Source: an uncultured Solirubrobacteraceae bacterium
Lineage (GTDB): Bacteria; Actinomycetota; Thermoleophilia; Solirubrobacterales; Solirubrobacteraceae
Length of the DNA: 64,000 bases
Assembly: GCA_964588985.1 (NCBI GenBank)
Contig: CAZPQW010000003.1
Span: 121,393 to 185,392, forward strand
Direction: 5' to 3'
In this document: in pieces, positions 17,291 to 25,853 of the stretch
Position numbering within the stretch: the stretch's first letter is position 1
How the letters are laid out: each line of letters starts with the position of its first letter
Position numbers and translations under genes: made by a program
The notes under the pieces: generated by a model
Databases searched by the model: none
The model's input: the letters and a program-made list of their open reading frames with translations, nothing else
What the model was told of the DNA's origin: nothing

Positions 17291-18745
17291 TCAGGGCGTA
17301 AGCCGCTGGACTAGCTTGAAGGCGTGTTCTTCATTCAGTTCTTCAATGCCGTTAGGCAGAACGGACTGGCACTGCGGCCCGGAACTCGTGTAGGAGATCT
17401 GCTTTCCAGTGTGCAGGTTAAGCGTCGCGTATTGTCCGTTGATGAACATAAGGGTCTCGCTGCTTGAGACTCCGCAGACCGGTCCAGCCTCTTTTTCTTC
17501 GTTCGGTAGTTCCTTGAGTGACCACAGATGCTGGGCCGACCGGTCATCGAGTGCTATGAGGGCTTTGCCGCCGCTCGGTTCTTCTGCATATAGGAGGAGT
17601 ACCCCGCCTCCGTCAGCGACGAGCTCCGGCGGAGTACCGCGGGCAGCTTGGTAAGGAGCGCGCCATTTCCACACGAGGTGCATGCTCGGAAGCGCATATG
17701 CGGCGACACTCGCCTGACTCTCTTCGGGCGTTTCGGCCAAGATCACGCGACTGCCGTCACTAGATATAGCTGCCGGATCGCCCGGGAAATAGCCCGGTGA
17801 CGCGAGGGGCACCATCTGATGTGAGACATCGTCAACGAAATGACGGCTACGTGTGACCGAGAAGCTTCCCAGTGACGCCCCGGTCGCCGGACTAGTTACA
17901 TGTACAGCCGAGACCGGCTGGTCAGGGGGCGAATCGACCACGTAGCTACCAATAGTGCCGAGCAGCTGCTTGTCATGGCGAATAGCTCCGTCGGTGAGGT
18001 TGATGACCTCCCCGCCGGTCGCCTGACAGCTATTGCACGCGCCGTAGGGCACTTCCAGACTCCAAACTCCCCAGCGCGCGTCCGTGGTCGCCCCAAATGA
18101 CGTCGGGGAAAGATTGGCGTACGGGTTACATCCAATCCCCTCGGTGCCGGGCGACACGACGTTGGCGCTCCAGACGTGCGCTCCGCTGGAAGCGTTCCAC
18201 GCATCCAGGGTGGCTGAGTGGAGTTCCGGGTGAATTCCTTCGGCGGGCTTTGACGCTATGTGCTCGGTGAGGATGATGCGTCCGACACTGGGGACCGCCA
18301 AGTCAAGGGCCCCGCACGTCGTCGTCATAGCGTCAGACTGGATTTCCGCGAGCTGCTGCCCGGCTGGTCCGAATGTGATCACGCCGGTCGATGATTGGGG
18401 AGAGGAGGCGCCAAAGTAGCCCACGATCGCGAATCCCGCAGAAGGGTACGGCGATCCCGAAGTGCTGGTGATCGCCTTATCTGTCTCGTCGCCTTCCCTG
18501 GCAAGCAACATAGTGCCGGCAGCCGGCGGACTGGGGCTCGACTGCGTCGACGACGGCATGGGTTCAGCGATCGATCTGACCGACGCCGTGCTCCTCGTAG
18601 AGCTGGTCACATGAGGCTCGCCACTCGAAGACGACGAGCCACCCGACCCACAGCCCGAAAGGGCGAGCGCGGACGCAGCGGCGCCCAGCAAACCACGGCC
18701 TATCGAACATCGTCTGCCCACTCCCACCCCTCCCTGTCGAGGCAT
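17291..18745 (-). CDS. lipoprotein with PQQ/BamB-like beta-propeller repeats
   Basis: Lipobox LSGC, Ser-rich linker, repeats AWNASSGAHVWS, AYALPSMHLVWK, ALDDRSAQHLWS, LNLHTGKQI. Start 18745 or GTG 18721. Confidence 0.78.
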   Translation of the reverse strand: MPRQGGVGVGRRCSIGRGLLGAAASALALSGCGSGGSSSSSGEPHVTSSTRSTASVRSIAEPMPSSTQSSPSPPAAGTMLLAREGDETDKAITSTSGSPYPSAGFAIVGYFGASSPQSSTGVITFGPAGQQLAEIQSDAMTTTCGALDLAVPSVGRIILTEHIASKPAEGIHPELHSATLDAWNASSGAHVWSANVVSPGTEGIGCNPYANLSPTSFGATTDARWGVWSLEVPYGACNSCQATGGEVINLTDGAIRHDKQLLGTIGSYVVDSPPDQPVSAVHVTSPATGASLGSFSVTRSRHFVDDVSHQMVPLASPGYFPGDPAAISSDGSRVILAETPEESQASVAAYALPSMHLVWKWRAPYQAARGTPPELVADGGGVLLLYAEEPSGGKALIALDDRSAQHLWSLKELPNEEKEAGPVCGVSSSETLMFINGQYATLNLHTGKQISYTSSGPQCQSVLPNGIEELNEEHAFKLVQRLTP

Positions 18746-18997
18746 CGGAGCATAGCGGCAACCGCAATCTGGCTGTTGGCCTACTTCGACGGACTTGATC
18801 TTCCTCTCGAATCGAGCTAGGCGTGTGTCCAGTCCCGAGTCAGAACACTCGCTGCAGCAAGGACGGGTGATGCCCATAGCCACCGTGTCCTAGCCGCGCG
18901 GAGTGCGGAGCCTCGGTTGAGGCGATCACAACGGCAACGTCTGTGCCGGGCGTCGTTGTGCGGTTAGGCTTCGCTGACCATCGCGTCTGAGCCCTCC

Positions 18998-20386
18998 GTG
19001 TTGATCATCTCTCAAGCTCAGGCCGCAGAGATTAAGACGCTGCTGCCAGCCGTTGACGCGCCCCGGCGGGCGGATCAGCATATGGCTCGCGCCCGGCTGC
19101 GGAGTATCGGGTATCCGCTCTCCGCCGCGCCGACCGTAACCGACTATCAGGCGTTTGTCGCCTGCGGAGAGATCCGCGTCGATGGAACCGGGCGCGCGCG
19201 GATCGTTCGGCAGACGTCGACGCGGGTGTTCAAGGTCTCGGTCGGAGTCAGCGGCTTTCCCGTTGACCCGACGTGGTGGGCGTTTGATCAGCGCTATCAG
19301 TGGCTTGGCCGGCAGCCCCACCAGGTCGGCTCCGGTGATCATCTGTTTGCGATGGCGGTCGACCGTTGGCGCAGCGCCGTGGTAGGTCTGTACGAAGCCG
19401 TGTCACCTGGTGCTCAGGCTCTCCCTGGTTCTCCCGATCCGAAGCGCTGGCCGTTCGCGTTGGGCGTGCGGCCGCTAGCGGCGATCCTGCCTCCGGATGC
19501 CGAACGGGTCCCCGGGCTTTATGGGCCGCAGAACCCAATACCGGAGCACGTCAACAACCCGGACCATCAGACGGCGCTCTACGCGGCCGTGAGCAACAGC
19601 CCCCCTGCCCCATCTCCCACCACTGTCGAGGCTCGAATCCAGGAGGTGCAGTGGCGCGACTTGGGTGACGACGTCCTTCAGGCTGTCTACGAGCTCGGCA
19701 GCGAGGCGCGATTTGGCGAGGTGCTGGAACGGGCGATCGCGATCGGCCGATGGACCCCGGAGGAGCTCGGCGTGCTGGCCTGGTACACCAGCGCCAATGC
19801 CGAGCCTTCTCACATCCGCACAGTCGTGCGGCAGGCGATCGGCTTTGAGGAGAGCTTGACTCGGCGGATCCACCGCGACTACAGCAGCGGCCCGTACCGG
19901 ATCGTCGGTGACTATGCGCTGGTCGGCAGCGGGTTCGGCTCCACGTATCGGCCAGCCAGCGGACACGAAGCGACACAGCCGGACGACGCAGTGCTCAAGA
20001 TTGACCTCGCGGCACTTGAGGCGGCGACCGAACGACACATGAAGCTGCAGGACGACCTGGCTGAGGCATTGGAGGCACGGGGGATCGACCCTCGGTCGCC
20101 ATCCGGCTCCCAGCCGTTCTTTGACCTCGCCTTCGAGCACGACGGCCTCCGCTACGTGGTCGAGGTCAAGAGCGGCAACCCGGCAAGCCAGCAGCAGGTC
20201 CGCTATGGCGTCGGTCAGGTCTTGGAGTATGCCCACCTGCTCAGCAGCGCGGACGCTTCGGTGATTCCGGTGATCCTGATCGAGAGCGTCCCGCCGATGC
20301 CATGGGTGGATCTGGCGGGGCAGCTCGGCGTCCGGGTGCTTGTCGCGGCTGAGCTTGATTCCGCGTTGGACACATTGCTTCAGTAA
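18998..20386 (+). CDS. putative modification-dependent (type IV-like) restriction endonuclease: small N-domain + EVE/PUA-like + Mrr_N-like winged helix + PD-(D/E)XK nuclease
   Basis: EVE-like VGSGDHLFAMAV...VVGLYEAVS...RWPFALGVRP; wH-like DVLQAVYELGSEARFGEVLERA...GPYRI; nuclease HMKLQ...FDLAF...VVEVKS...QVRYGVGQVLEY. Confidence 0.7.
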   Translation: MLIISQAQAAEIKTLLPAVDAPRRADQHMARARLRSIGYPLSAAPTVTDYQAFVACGEIRVDGTGRARIVRQTSTRVFKVSVGVSGFPVDPTWWAFDQRYQWLGRQPHQVGSGDHLFAMAVDRWRSAVVGLYEAVSPGAQALPGSPDPKRWPFALGVRPLAAILPPDAERVPGLYGPQNPIPEHVNNPDHQTALYAAVSNSPPAPSPTTVEARIQEVQWRDLGDDVLQAVYELGSEARFGEVLERAIAIGRWTPEELGVLAWYTSANAEPSHIRTVVRQAIGFEESLTRRIHRDYSSGPYRIVGDYALVGSGFGSTYRPASGHEATQPDDAVLKIDLAALEAATERHMKLQDDLAEALEARGIDPRSPSGSQPFFDLAFEHDGLRYVVEVKSGNPASQQQVRYGVGQVLEYAHLLSSADASVIPVILIESVPPMPWVDLAGQLGVRVLVAAELDSALDTLLQ

Positions 20387-20441
20387 ACGGTGTGTCCGGC
20401 TGCGGCGCTCTGCGTAACTGTCTGACCGATCCCTCCCGTAG

Positions 20442-20577
20442 CTTTCCGACCGCGCCGTCCTCAGGCGTGTCTCCCCATCAACGTCTGGCCCACGCTTGGA
20501 CGCTGAGGAGCAAGGGCCCAAGGCTCGGGGAAGGTTCACCCATTCCGTGATCGTGAGCGTGGGACGCGATCGGAAAG
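20442..20577 (+). ncRNA. candidate pseudoknotted structured RNA (5' leader of 20587..21039)
   Basis: P1 20442-20454/20565-20577 (12 of 13 bp), P2 20458-20468/20500-20509, interleaved P3 20489-20497/20555-20563; P1 covers the RBS. Confidence 0.55.
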
Positions 20578-20586
20578 GTGGGCTGT

Positions 20587-21039
20587 ATGACTGAGTACTC
20601 CGGTCTTAAGCGCCAGGTCAGGGCGCGGATGGCGATCACTGGCGAGCCGTACTCGGTGGCTCGGCGAGCTATCCAGAACGCGGAAGTGGCCGTGTCTCAG
20701 CAGGAATTGAAGCGGCTGATCGCCGACATCCAGGAGTTTCTGGCCGGGCGCGGCCGCGTGATGGTGCCCCACGACTTCACGGTCGAGTCGGTCAAGGACG
20801 ACACGGCGGTGGTGCGGATGCCAGTGATCTGGAAGCCCCGGAAGGACATGATCATCGCGCTTGCGAGCGACACGCCGGCCGCCAAGAACGTGGATGAGCT
20901 GCGCAGCCTGTTCGAGCGCGGGCTGGGCTCCGGCGAGTATCTGCCCAACGCCAGGCTCGCGGATTGGGACGCCGTCATCGAGGACGGGCCGCGGCCCGGC
21001 AAGCTCGATTGGACGGTTCGGGTCCGCGTCAGCGCCTAG
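20587..21039 (+). CDS. hypothetical protein with N-terminal KRxVRARMxxTGExYxxARR motif
   Basis: GAAAGG RBS before ATG 20587; basic helical N-terminal motif followed by an unrelated alpha/beta domain. Confidence 0.8.
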   Translation: MTEYSGLKRQVRARMAITGEPYSVARRAIQNAEVAVSQQELKRLIADIQEFLAGRGRVMVPHDFTVESVKDDTAVVRMPVIWKPRKDMIIALASDTPAAKNVDELRSLFERGLGSGEYLPNARLADWDAVIEDGPRPGKLDWTVRVRVSA

Positions 21040-21541
21040 CCACCGAGGTTGAGCGAGTGCGGGCGGCCAGCGCCGCCCGCACTCGTCCCGCAGTCGAACG
21101 TCCGCTCGGCCCGGTTGTTGGCGTGGGTGCGGGCGTCCTCTTCAGCCACGTTCCACGCAACTGGCGGCGGGGAGCGCCCTCAACGGTGTGGGCGCGCCAT
21201 GCATTGCAGGATCGTCGCTGAGGTCAACTCGCTGTATGCCTGCGAGACACGAGAGCAGGGCGGTAATCGATCGCCGGTGCCTTCCCTCCTCCTCCTCGCC
21301 AATTGCAGGACTGCGGCGCCTGCTTCGCCCCGGCGAAGCGGAAGCCAGCGTCGGCACCGACGGCGTCGCTGCTTTGGACGAGTTGCAGTCGTCCTGGCGT
21401 CCACTCTGCAGACGCTCGCTTATGCTGGAGAAAGTGGCGTGCTACCCCGGCCCGCACCGCCCGTATGTTCGAACTGGGTTAGTGGTCGCACGTGGGGAAG
21501 ACACGCGTGGCGACCTGCGTGGGTCCGTTAGGGTTGGCGGG

Positions 21542-22804
21542 ATGGCGAATATCGAGTTGCGCAAGCGGTTCTTCGGAGCGGAGGTTGTGGGCAGCATCGA
21601 TCTCTCATCGATGCCGACGCTTAGCTGGAGCGAGCACCACGCGCTCCTTCGGATTGGGAGCACGTTCGAGGATCTCGGTATGGACGTCCGATCTGTGGCC
21701 CGGGCGATTGACGGATTGGAGGGGGAACTTGGCCTCAGGCTCGACCACCAGTCGCTGCTCCTGGACCGACAGGTCGATCTTCTTGCGGATATTGCCCAGT
21801 CGCTTCGCACGCCGGCGCGAGTTCGTGCAGCCGAGCGGCTATCTAGCGTCGGGGAGCTGCTGCGCCGTAAACGCTATGAGCGTGCGCTTGCCGCTGCCGA
21901 AGAGGCGATCGAAGACGACCCCAACAACCCGGCAGGATTCATAGCTGCGGGCTGGGCACAGATTGGTCTTGAGCATCTCGATGCGGCCCGCGCTCTCTTC
22001 ACGGAGGCTGCTGAGGCAAGCGACGTTGACGCGCGTAGCGCGGCGTTCCGCCAGGCTGCCCGTCTGACTCTGGCGCTCGACGGACCAGAAGCAGCCCTTA
22101 CTCGACTCGGCGAGGTCTCCGGTGCAAACAGCGTTACTGAGCGTGCGGCGGTGACCTACGACCGCGCCGTCTACCTGGCGGACCTTGGCGACACCGCTGC
22201 CGCTCTGGTGAACCTGCTTGACGCTGGTCGCGCCGAGCCGAGCTTCCTGTTCGCGGCGCTCGCGGATCCGCTACTTGCGTCGCACCTCGTCATCATCGAG
22301 GCTGCATCTGAAGAGCTCGCCGCGCGCCAACGGGCGGTCGTCAGAGACATCGCCCGGTATGACGAACTCATTCAACAGCTAGGCGAGCTCACGGCGCGAC
22401 TTGAAGGCGAGAACAAGACGCTTCGAGTTGCGGGCAGAAACGAGCGCCAGCAGGTTCTGGGCAAGCTCGTGGATGTAGCAACGCGTTGTTCGAGCGAGAG
22501 ATCAGATCTGGTAGCCCACGCCGAGCGTGCCCTACAGGTGCAGCAGTTGAGTGCTGCCATCAACGACATGGAGGAGACTCTGGAACACGCCAACGCTCGT
22601 GAGAGTGAGCTGTTTGAGTCTGCACGCCTCGTCATAAAGCTTGAACGGGCAGCTCTAGACTTCGCTCAACGAGAAGATGCCTGGCCGACGAAGTTGAAGG
22701 ACGGAACCTGGGAGATCACAAAGAAGCGACGGTTCGCGCAACAGATCACGTGGCGCGCAACGCTCGACGATCGCGGCGAGCCTGCAATCGAGCTAGCGAA
22801 CTAA
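21542..22804 (+). CDS. TPR-repeat / coiled-coil protein
   Basis: ATG 21542 (MANIELRK); TPR-like YERALAAAEEAIEDDPNNPAGFIAAGWAQ, YDRAVYLA; coiled-coil segments. Confidence 0.78.
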   Translation: MANIELRKRFFGAEVVGSIDLSSMPTLSWSEHHALLRIGSTFEDLGMDVRSVARAIDGLEGELGLRLDHQSLLLDRQVDLLADIAQSLRTPARVRAAERLSSVGELLRRKRYERALAAAEEAIEDDPNNPAGFIAAGWAQIGLEHLDAARALFTEAAEASDVDARSAAFRQAARLTLALDGPEAALTRLGEVSGANSVTERAAVTYDRAVYLADLGDTAAALVNLLDAGRAEPSFLFAALADPLLASHLVIIEAASEELAARQRAVVRDIARYDELIQQLGELTARLEGENKTLRVAGRNERQQVLGKLVDVATRCSSERSDLVAHAERALQVQQLSAAINDMEETLEHANARESELFESARLVIKLERAALDFAQREDAWPTKLKDGTWEITKKRRFAQQITWRATLDDRGEPAIELAN

Positions 22805-22908
22805 CGCAAGGTCAGAAGGTGGCCTATGACCTGGGTGTGGAGTGGAGTGGCACCCGTTTGACGGCCTCTTGATGGCTTTAGTGGCTTGGGTGCGAAAGCG
22901 CTGCAGCG

Positions 22909-24012
22909 TCAGAGCTCGATCACGCTGCGGATGCCCGCCTGGGCCTCCATCAGCTCGAAGCCACGGTTGACTTCGTCGAGCGTGAGGCGGTGCGAGATGA
23001 ACGGGTCGACGTCGATGTCGCCGGCGAGATAGCGGCGCACGAGCGCGGGCACATCTTCGCGGCCCTTCAGGCCGCCGAAGGAGGATCCGCAGATCCGCCG
23101 GCCGGTGATCAGCAGGCGCGGCACCACGTCGAGGGTCTCGCCGCGCCCCGCGACGCCGCACACCGTGCACAGCCCCCACCCCATCCGCGCGGCCTCGACC
23201 GCCTGACGCATCACCGCGACGCTGCCGGTCGCCTCGAAGGTGTAGTCCGCGCCGAAGCCGCCGGTCATCTCGAGGATCGTCTCGACCGTGTCGGGCCCGC
23301 CGATCAGCGTGTCGGTGGCGCCCTGTCCGCGCGCCAGCTCCAGTCGCGCGGGCGCCATGTCGACGCACACGATCCGCTCGGCGCCCTGCAGCCGGCAGCC
23401 GGCGACCGCCCCGAGGCCGACCATCCCCGCGCCGAACACCACGCACGTGGAGCCGGCGCGCACCGCGGCGGTCTTCATCGCGGCCCCGAGCCCGGTGGAG
23501 AGCCCGCACGCGAACAGGCACGCGCGGTCGAGCGGCGCCTCGGGGTCGATGCGCGCGAGCGCAATCTCCGGCATCACGGTGTACTCCGCGAACGTCGAGG
23601 TGCCCATGAAGTGGCGCAGCGGCTCCCCCGCGCGCGACAGGCGCGTGGTGCCGTCGGGGAGGTAGCCGAGGTTCTGCTGCTCGCGGATCGCGAGGCACAG
23701 GTTGGTGAGCGGGCTGACGCAGTGCACGCACTCGCCGCACTGGGGCGAGAACAGCGTCACCACGTGGTCGCCCTCGCTCAGCAGCGTCACATCGCTGCCG
23801 ACCCGCTCCACCACGCCCGCGCCCTCGTGGCCGAGCACCGTCGGCGCGTAGCCGGAGGGGTCGACGCCGGAGGCGGTGTAGAGGTCGGTGTGGCACACGC
23901 CGCACGCCACGAGACGCACGAGCACCTCCTTCGGCCCTGGCTCCGCGAGCTCGACCTCTTGGACTACGAGCGGAGCGGCGAACTCCTCGAGCACCGCCGC
24001 GCGGATCTTCAT
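22909..24012 (-). CDS. zinc-dependent alcohol dehydrogenase (class III/formaldehyde dehydrogenase-like)
   Basis: GVCHTD, LGHEGAG, CGECVHC...C, HFMGTSTFAEYTV, GAGMVG, GSSFGG. Confidence 0.93.
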   Translation of the reverse strand: MKIRAAVLEEFAAPLVVQEVELAEPGPKEVLVRLVACGVCHTDLYTASGVDPSGYAPTVLGHEGAGVVERVGSDVTLLSEGDHVVTLFSPQCGECVHCVSPLTNLCLAIREQQNLGYLPDGTTRLSRAGEPLRHFMGTSTFAEYTVMPEIALARIDPEAPLDRACLFACGLSTGLGAAMKTAAVRAGSTCVVFGAGMVGLGAVAGCRLQGAERIVCVDMAPARLELARGQGATDTLIGGPDTVETILEMTGGFGADYTFEATGSVAVMRQAVEAARMGWGLCTVCGVAGRGETLDVVPRLLITGRRICGSSFGGLKGREDVPALVRRYLAGDIDVDPFISHRLTLDEVNRGFELMEAQAGIRSVIEL

Positions 24013-25352
24013 CGGCTGGCGGTCGGGCTGGAGCCACCGACCCTCGCGAGCAGGCGTTCCTCGCCGGAGAGCGTCTGGCTGGTCGCGGCGAGGATCTCCA
24101 CCTCGGTCAGCTCTCCCGACTGGGCGAGTCCGCCGAAGTTGACGACCTTGTTGTGGCGGGTGCGCCCGCGCAGGCGCTCGGGGTCGTTGCGCGAGGCGCC
24201 TTCCACGAGCACCTCCACCGTGCGCCCGACGAAGCGCTCCGCGCGCTCCTTCGCTCGGCGCTGGACGATCTCGAGCAGCCGTTCCATTCGCTCCACCTTC
24301 ACGGGGTGCGGCACGAGGCCCTCGGTCAGCTCGGCCGCGTCGGTGCCGCGACGCGGGGAGAAGATGAACGTGAAGGCGCTGTCGTAGCCGACCTCCTCGG
24401 CCACTTCGAGGGTCTCCTGGAAGTCCTCCTCGGTCTCGCCGGGGAAGCCCACGATGATGTCGGTGGTGAGCGCCACGTCGGGCACGTGCTCGCGGATCAT
24501 CGCCACGCGATCCATGTAGCGCGCGCGGTCGTAGGTGCGGCGCATCGCCTTGAGGATGCGGCTGGAGCCCGACTGCAGCGGCAGGTGGATGTGCTCGCAC
24601 ACGCTCTCGAGCTCCGCGTGCGCGCGCACCACGTCCTCGCGCATGTCCTTCGGGTGCGGGCTCGTGTAGCGGATGCGCTCGATCCCGTCGATCCCGTCGA
24701 GCAGCCTCAGCAGCTCGGAGAAGCTCGCCCGCGGCGCCAGGTCGCGCCCGTAGGAGTTGACGTTCTGCCCGAGCAGCGTGACCTCCCTCACGCCGTCGGC
24801 GACCATCCCCTCGACCTCCGCCACCAGCTCACCTAAGGGCCTGCTGACCTCGCGTCCGCGAGTGGAGGGAACGATGCAGTAGGAGCACGCGCAGTTGCAG
24901 CCCACGCTGATCTGCAGCCACCCCTGGAAGGCGCGCGCGCGGCGTGCCGGCAGGTGGCCGGTGAAGCCCTCGAACTCGAAGAAGCCCTGTGCGGTCAGCG
25001 AGTCGCTCGTGAGGAACTCCGCCAGCTTGTGCACCTGCCCGGGCCCGAACGCGACGTCCACGAACGGGAAGCGCTCGAACACCTCGTCCTTGAGCGACTG
25101 CGCCCAGCAGCCGCCCACGCCCACGACCGTCCCCGGTGTTTCCCGCTTGAGCCTCTTCGCCTCGCCGAGGTGCGAGATGAAGCGCGCGTCGGCCGTCTCG
25201 CGGATCGAGCACGTGTTGAACAGGATCAGGTCCGCCTCACTGCGCGCGGGCGCCTCGCTGTAGCCGAGCGACTCGAGCATCCCCTTCATCCGCTCGGAGT
25301 CGTGCTCGTTCATCTGACAGCCGAACGTCGTCAGGTGGTAGCGCTTTGCCAT
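24009..25352 (-). CDS. miaB: tRNA-2-methylthio-N6-dimethylallyladenosine synthase MiaB
   Basis: TFGCQMNEHDSE, NTCSIRE, radical-SAM CNCACSYC, LLGQNVNSY, HLPLQSGS, DIIVGFPGET, TRAM domain. Confidence 0.97.
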   Translation of the reverse strand: MAKRYHLTTFGCQMNEHDSERMKGMLESLGYSEAPARSEADLILFNTCSIRETADARFISHLGEAKRLKRETPGTVVGVGGCWAQSLKDEVFERFPFVDVAFGPGQVHKLAEFLTSDSLTAQGFFEFEGFTGHLPARRARAFQGWLQISVGCNCACSYCIVPSTRGREVSRPLGELVAEVEGMVADGVREVTLLGQNVNSYGRDLAPRASFSELLRLLDGIDGIERIRYTSPHPKDMREDVVRAHAELESVCEHIHLPLQSGSSRILKAMRRTYDRARYMDRVAMIREHVPDVALTTDIIVGFPGETEEDFQETLEVAEEVGYDSAFTFIFSPRRGTDAAELTEGLVPHPVKVERMERLLEIVQRRAKERAERFVGRTVEVLVEGASRNDPERLRGRTRHNKVVNFGGLAQSGELTEVEILAATSQTLSGEERLLARVGGSSPTASR

Positions 25353-25422
25353 GGCTGCACAAGGGTACCGGCGCAAGCTCCTGTCGTTCGTCGGCATCGC
25401 CACCCGTCGCTACTCTTTTGGT

Positions 25423-25629
25423 ATGACGGCGAAGGAAAAGCTGCTTGAGGAAGCGCCCGGATGGACCGATGCACAGGCCATAGTCGCGCTGCGCGCTGTT
25501 GAGACCCAGGATGGGCTGGCCGCATATTTCGACGAGGAGGCAAAGCTCTCGGCCAATGCGCTGGATAAGCGCGAGGATCGATGGGCAGAGGCAAACGCCC
25601 GCGAGGCGGTCCGCGAAGAGCCTTGGTGA
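25423..25629 (+). CDS. small acidic putative antitoxin
   Basis: MTAKEKLL...EEPW; its TGA overlaps the GTG of a MazF-like fragment. Confidence 0.65.
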   Translation: MTAKEKLLEEAPGWTDAQAIVALRAVETQDGLAAYFDEEAKLSANALDKREDRWAEANAREAVREEPW

Positions 25630-25718
25630 ATCGCGGCGCTATCTTCTGGCTCGATCTCGAAGCCGAGGGCCGTCGTCCCGTATGCATCCTGACTCGCGAC
25701 GCGCGTGGTATGGCGTAA
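25626..25718 (+). pseudogene. truncated MazF/PemK toxin (N-terminal ~26 aa only)
   Basis: GTG...: VNRGAIFWLDLEAEGRRPVCILTRDA then RGMA-stop; matches the PemK N-terminal pattern RG.I.W......RP..l..D. Confidence 0.72.
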
Positions 25719-25853
25719 TACGGTCTGCTGGTCACATTGGATGAGGCCGCTGCGGATGAGGAGCCGCTCGAGCATTGAGGGCGACTCGCATTCAGCCTCG
25801 CCAGCCTTCAAAATACTGTGCTGCGGCGTTCATCAATGCATAGGAGGCGGCGG

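Noticed and set aside
21188-21541. 5' extension of the TPR ORF and an HsdS-like snippet (RIVAEVNSL) in another frame
   Set aside because: The extension is not protein-like, and the snippet is too short to support a pseudogene call.
22909-24600. Apparent miaB-overlapping fusion ORF of 563 aa
   Set aside because: The dehydrogenase begins at ATG 24012, overlapping the miaB stop; the rest is an alternative frame of miaB.
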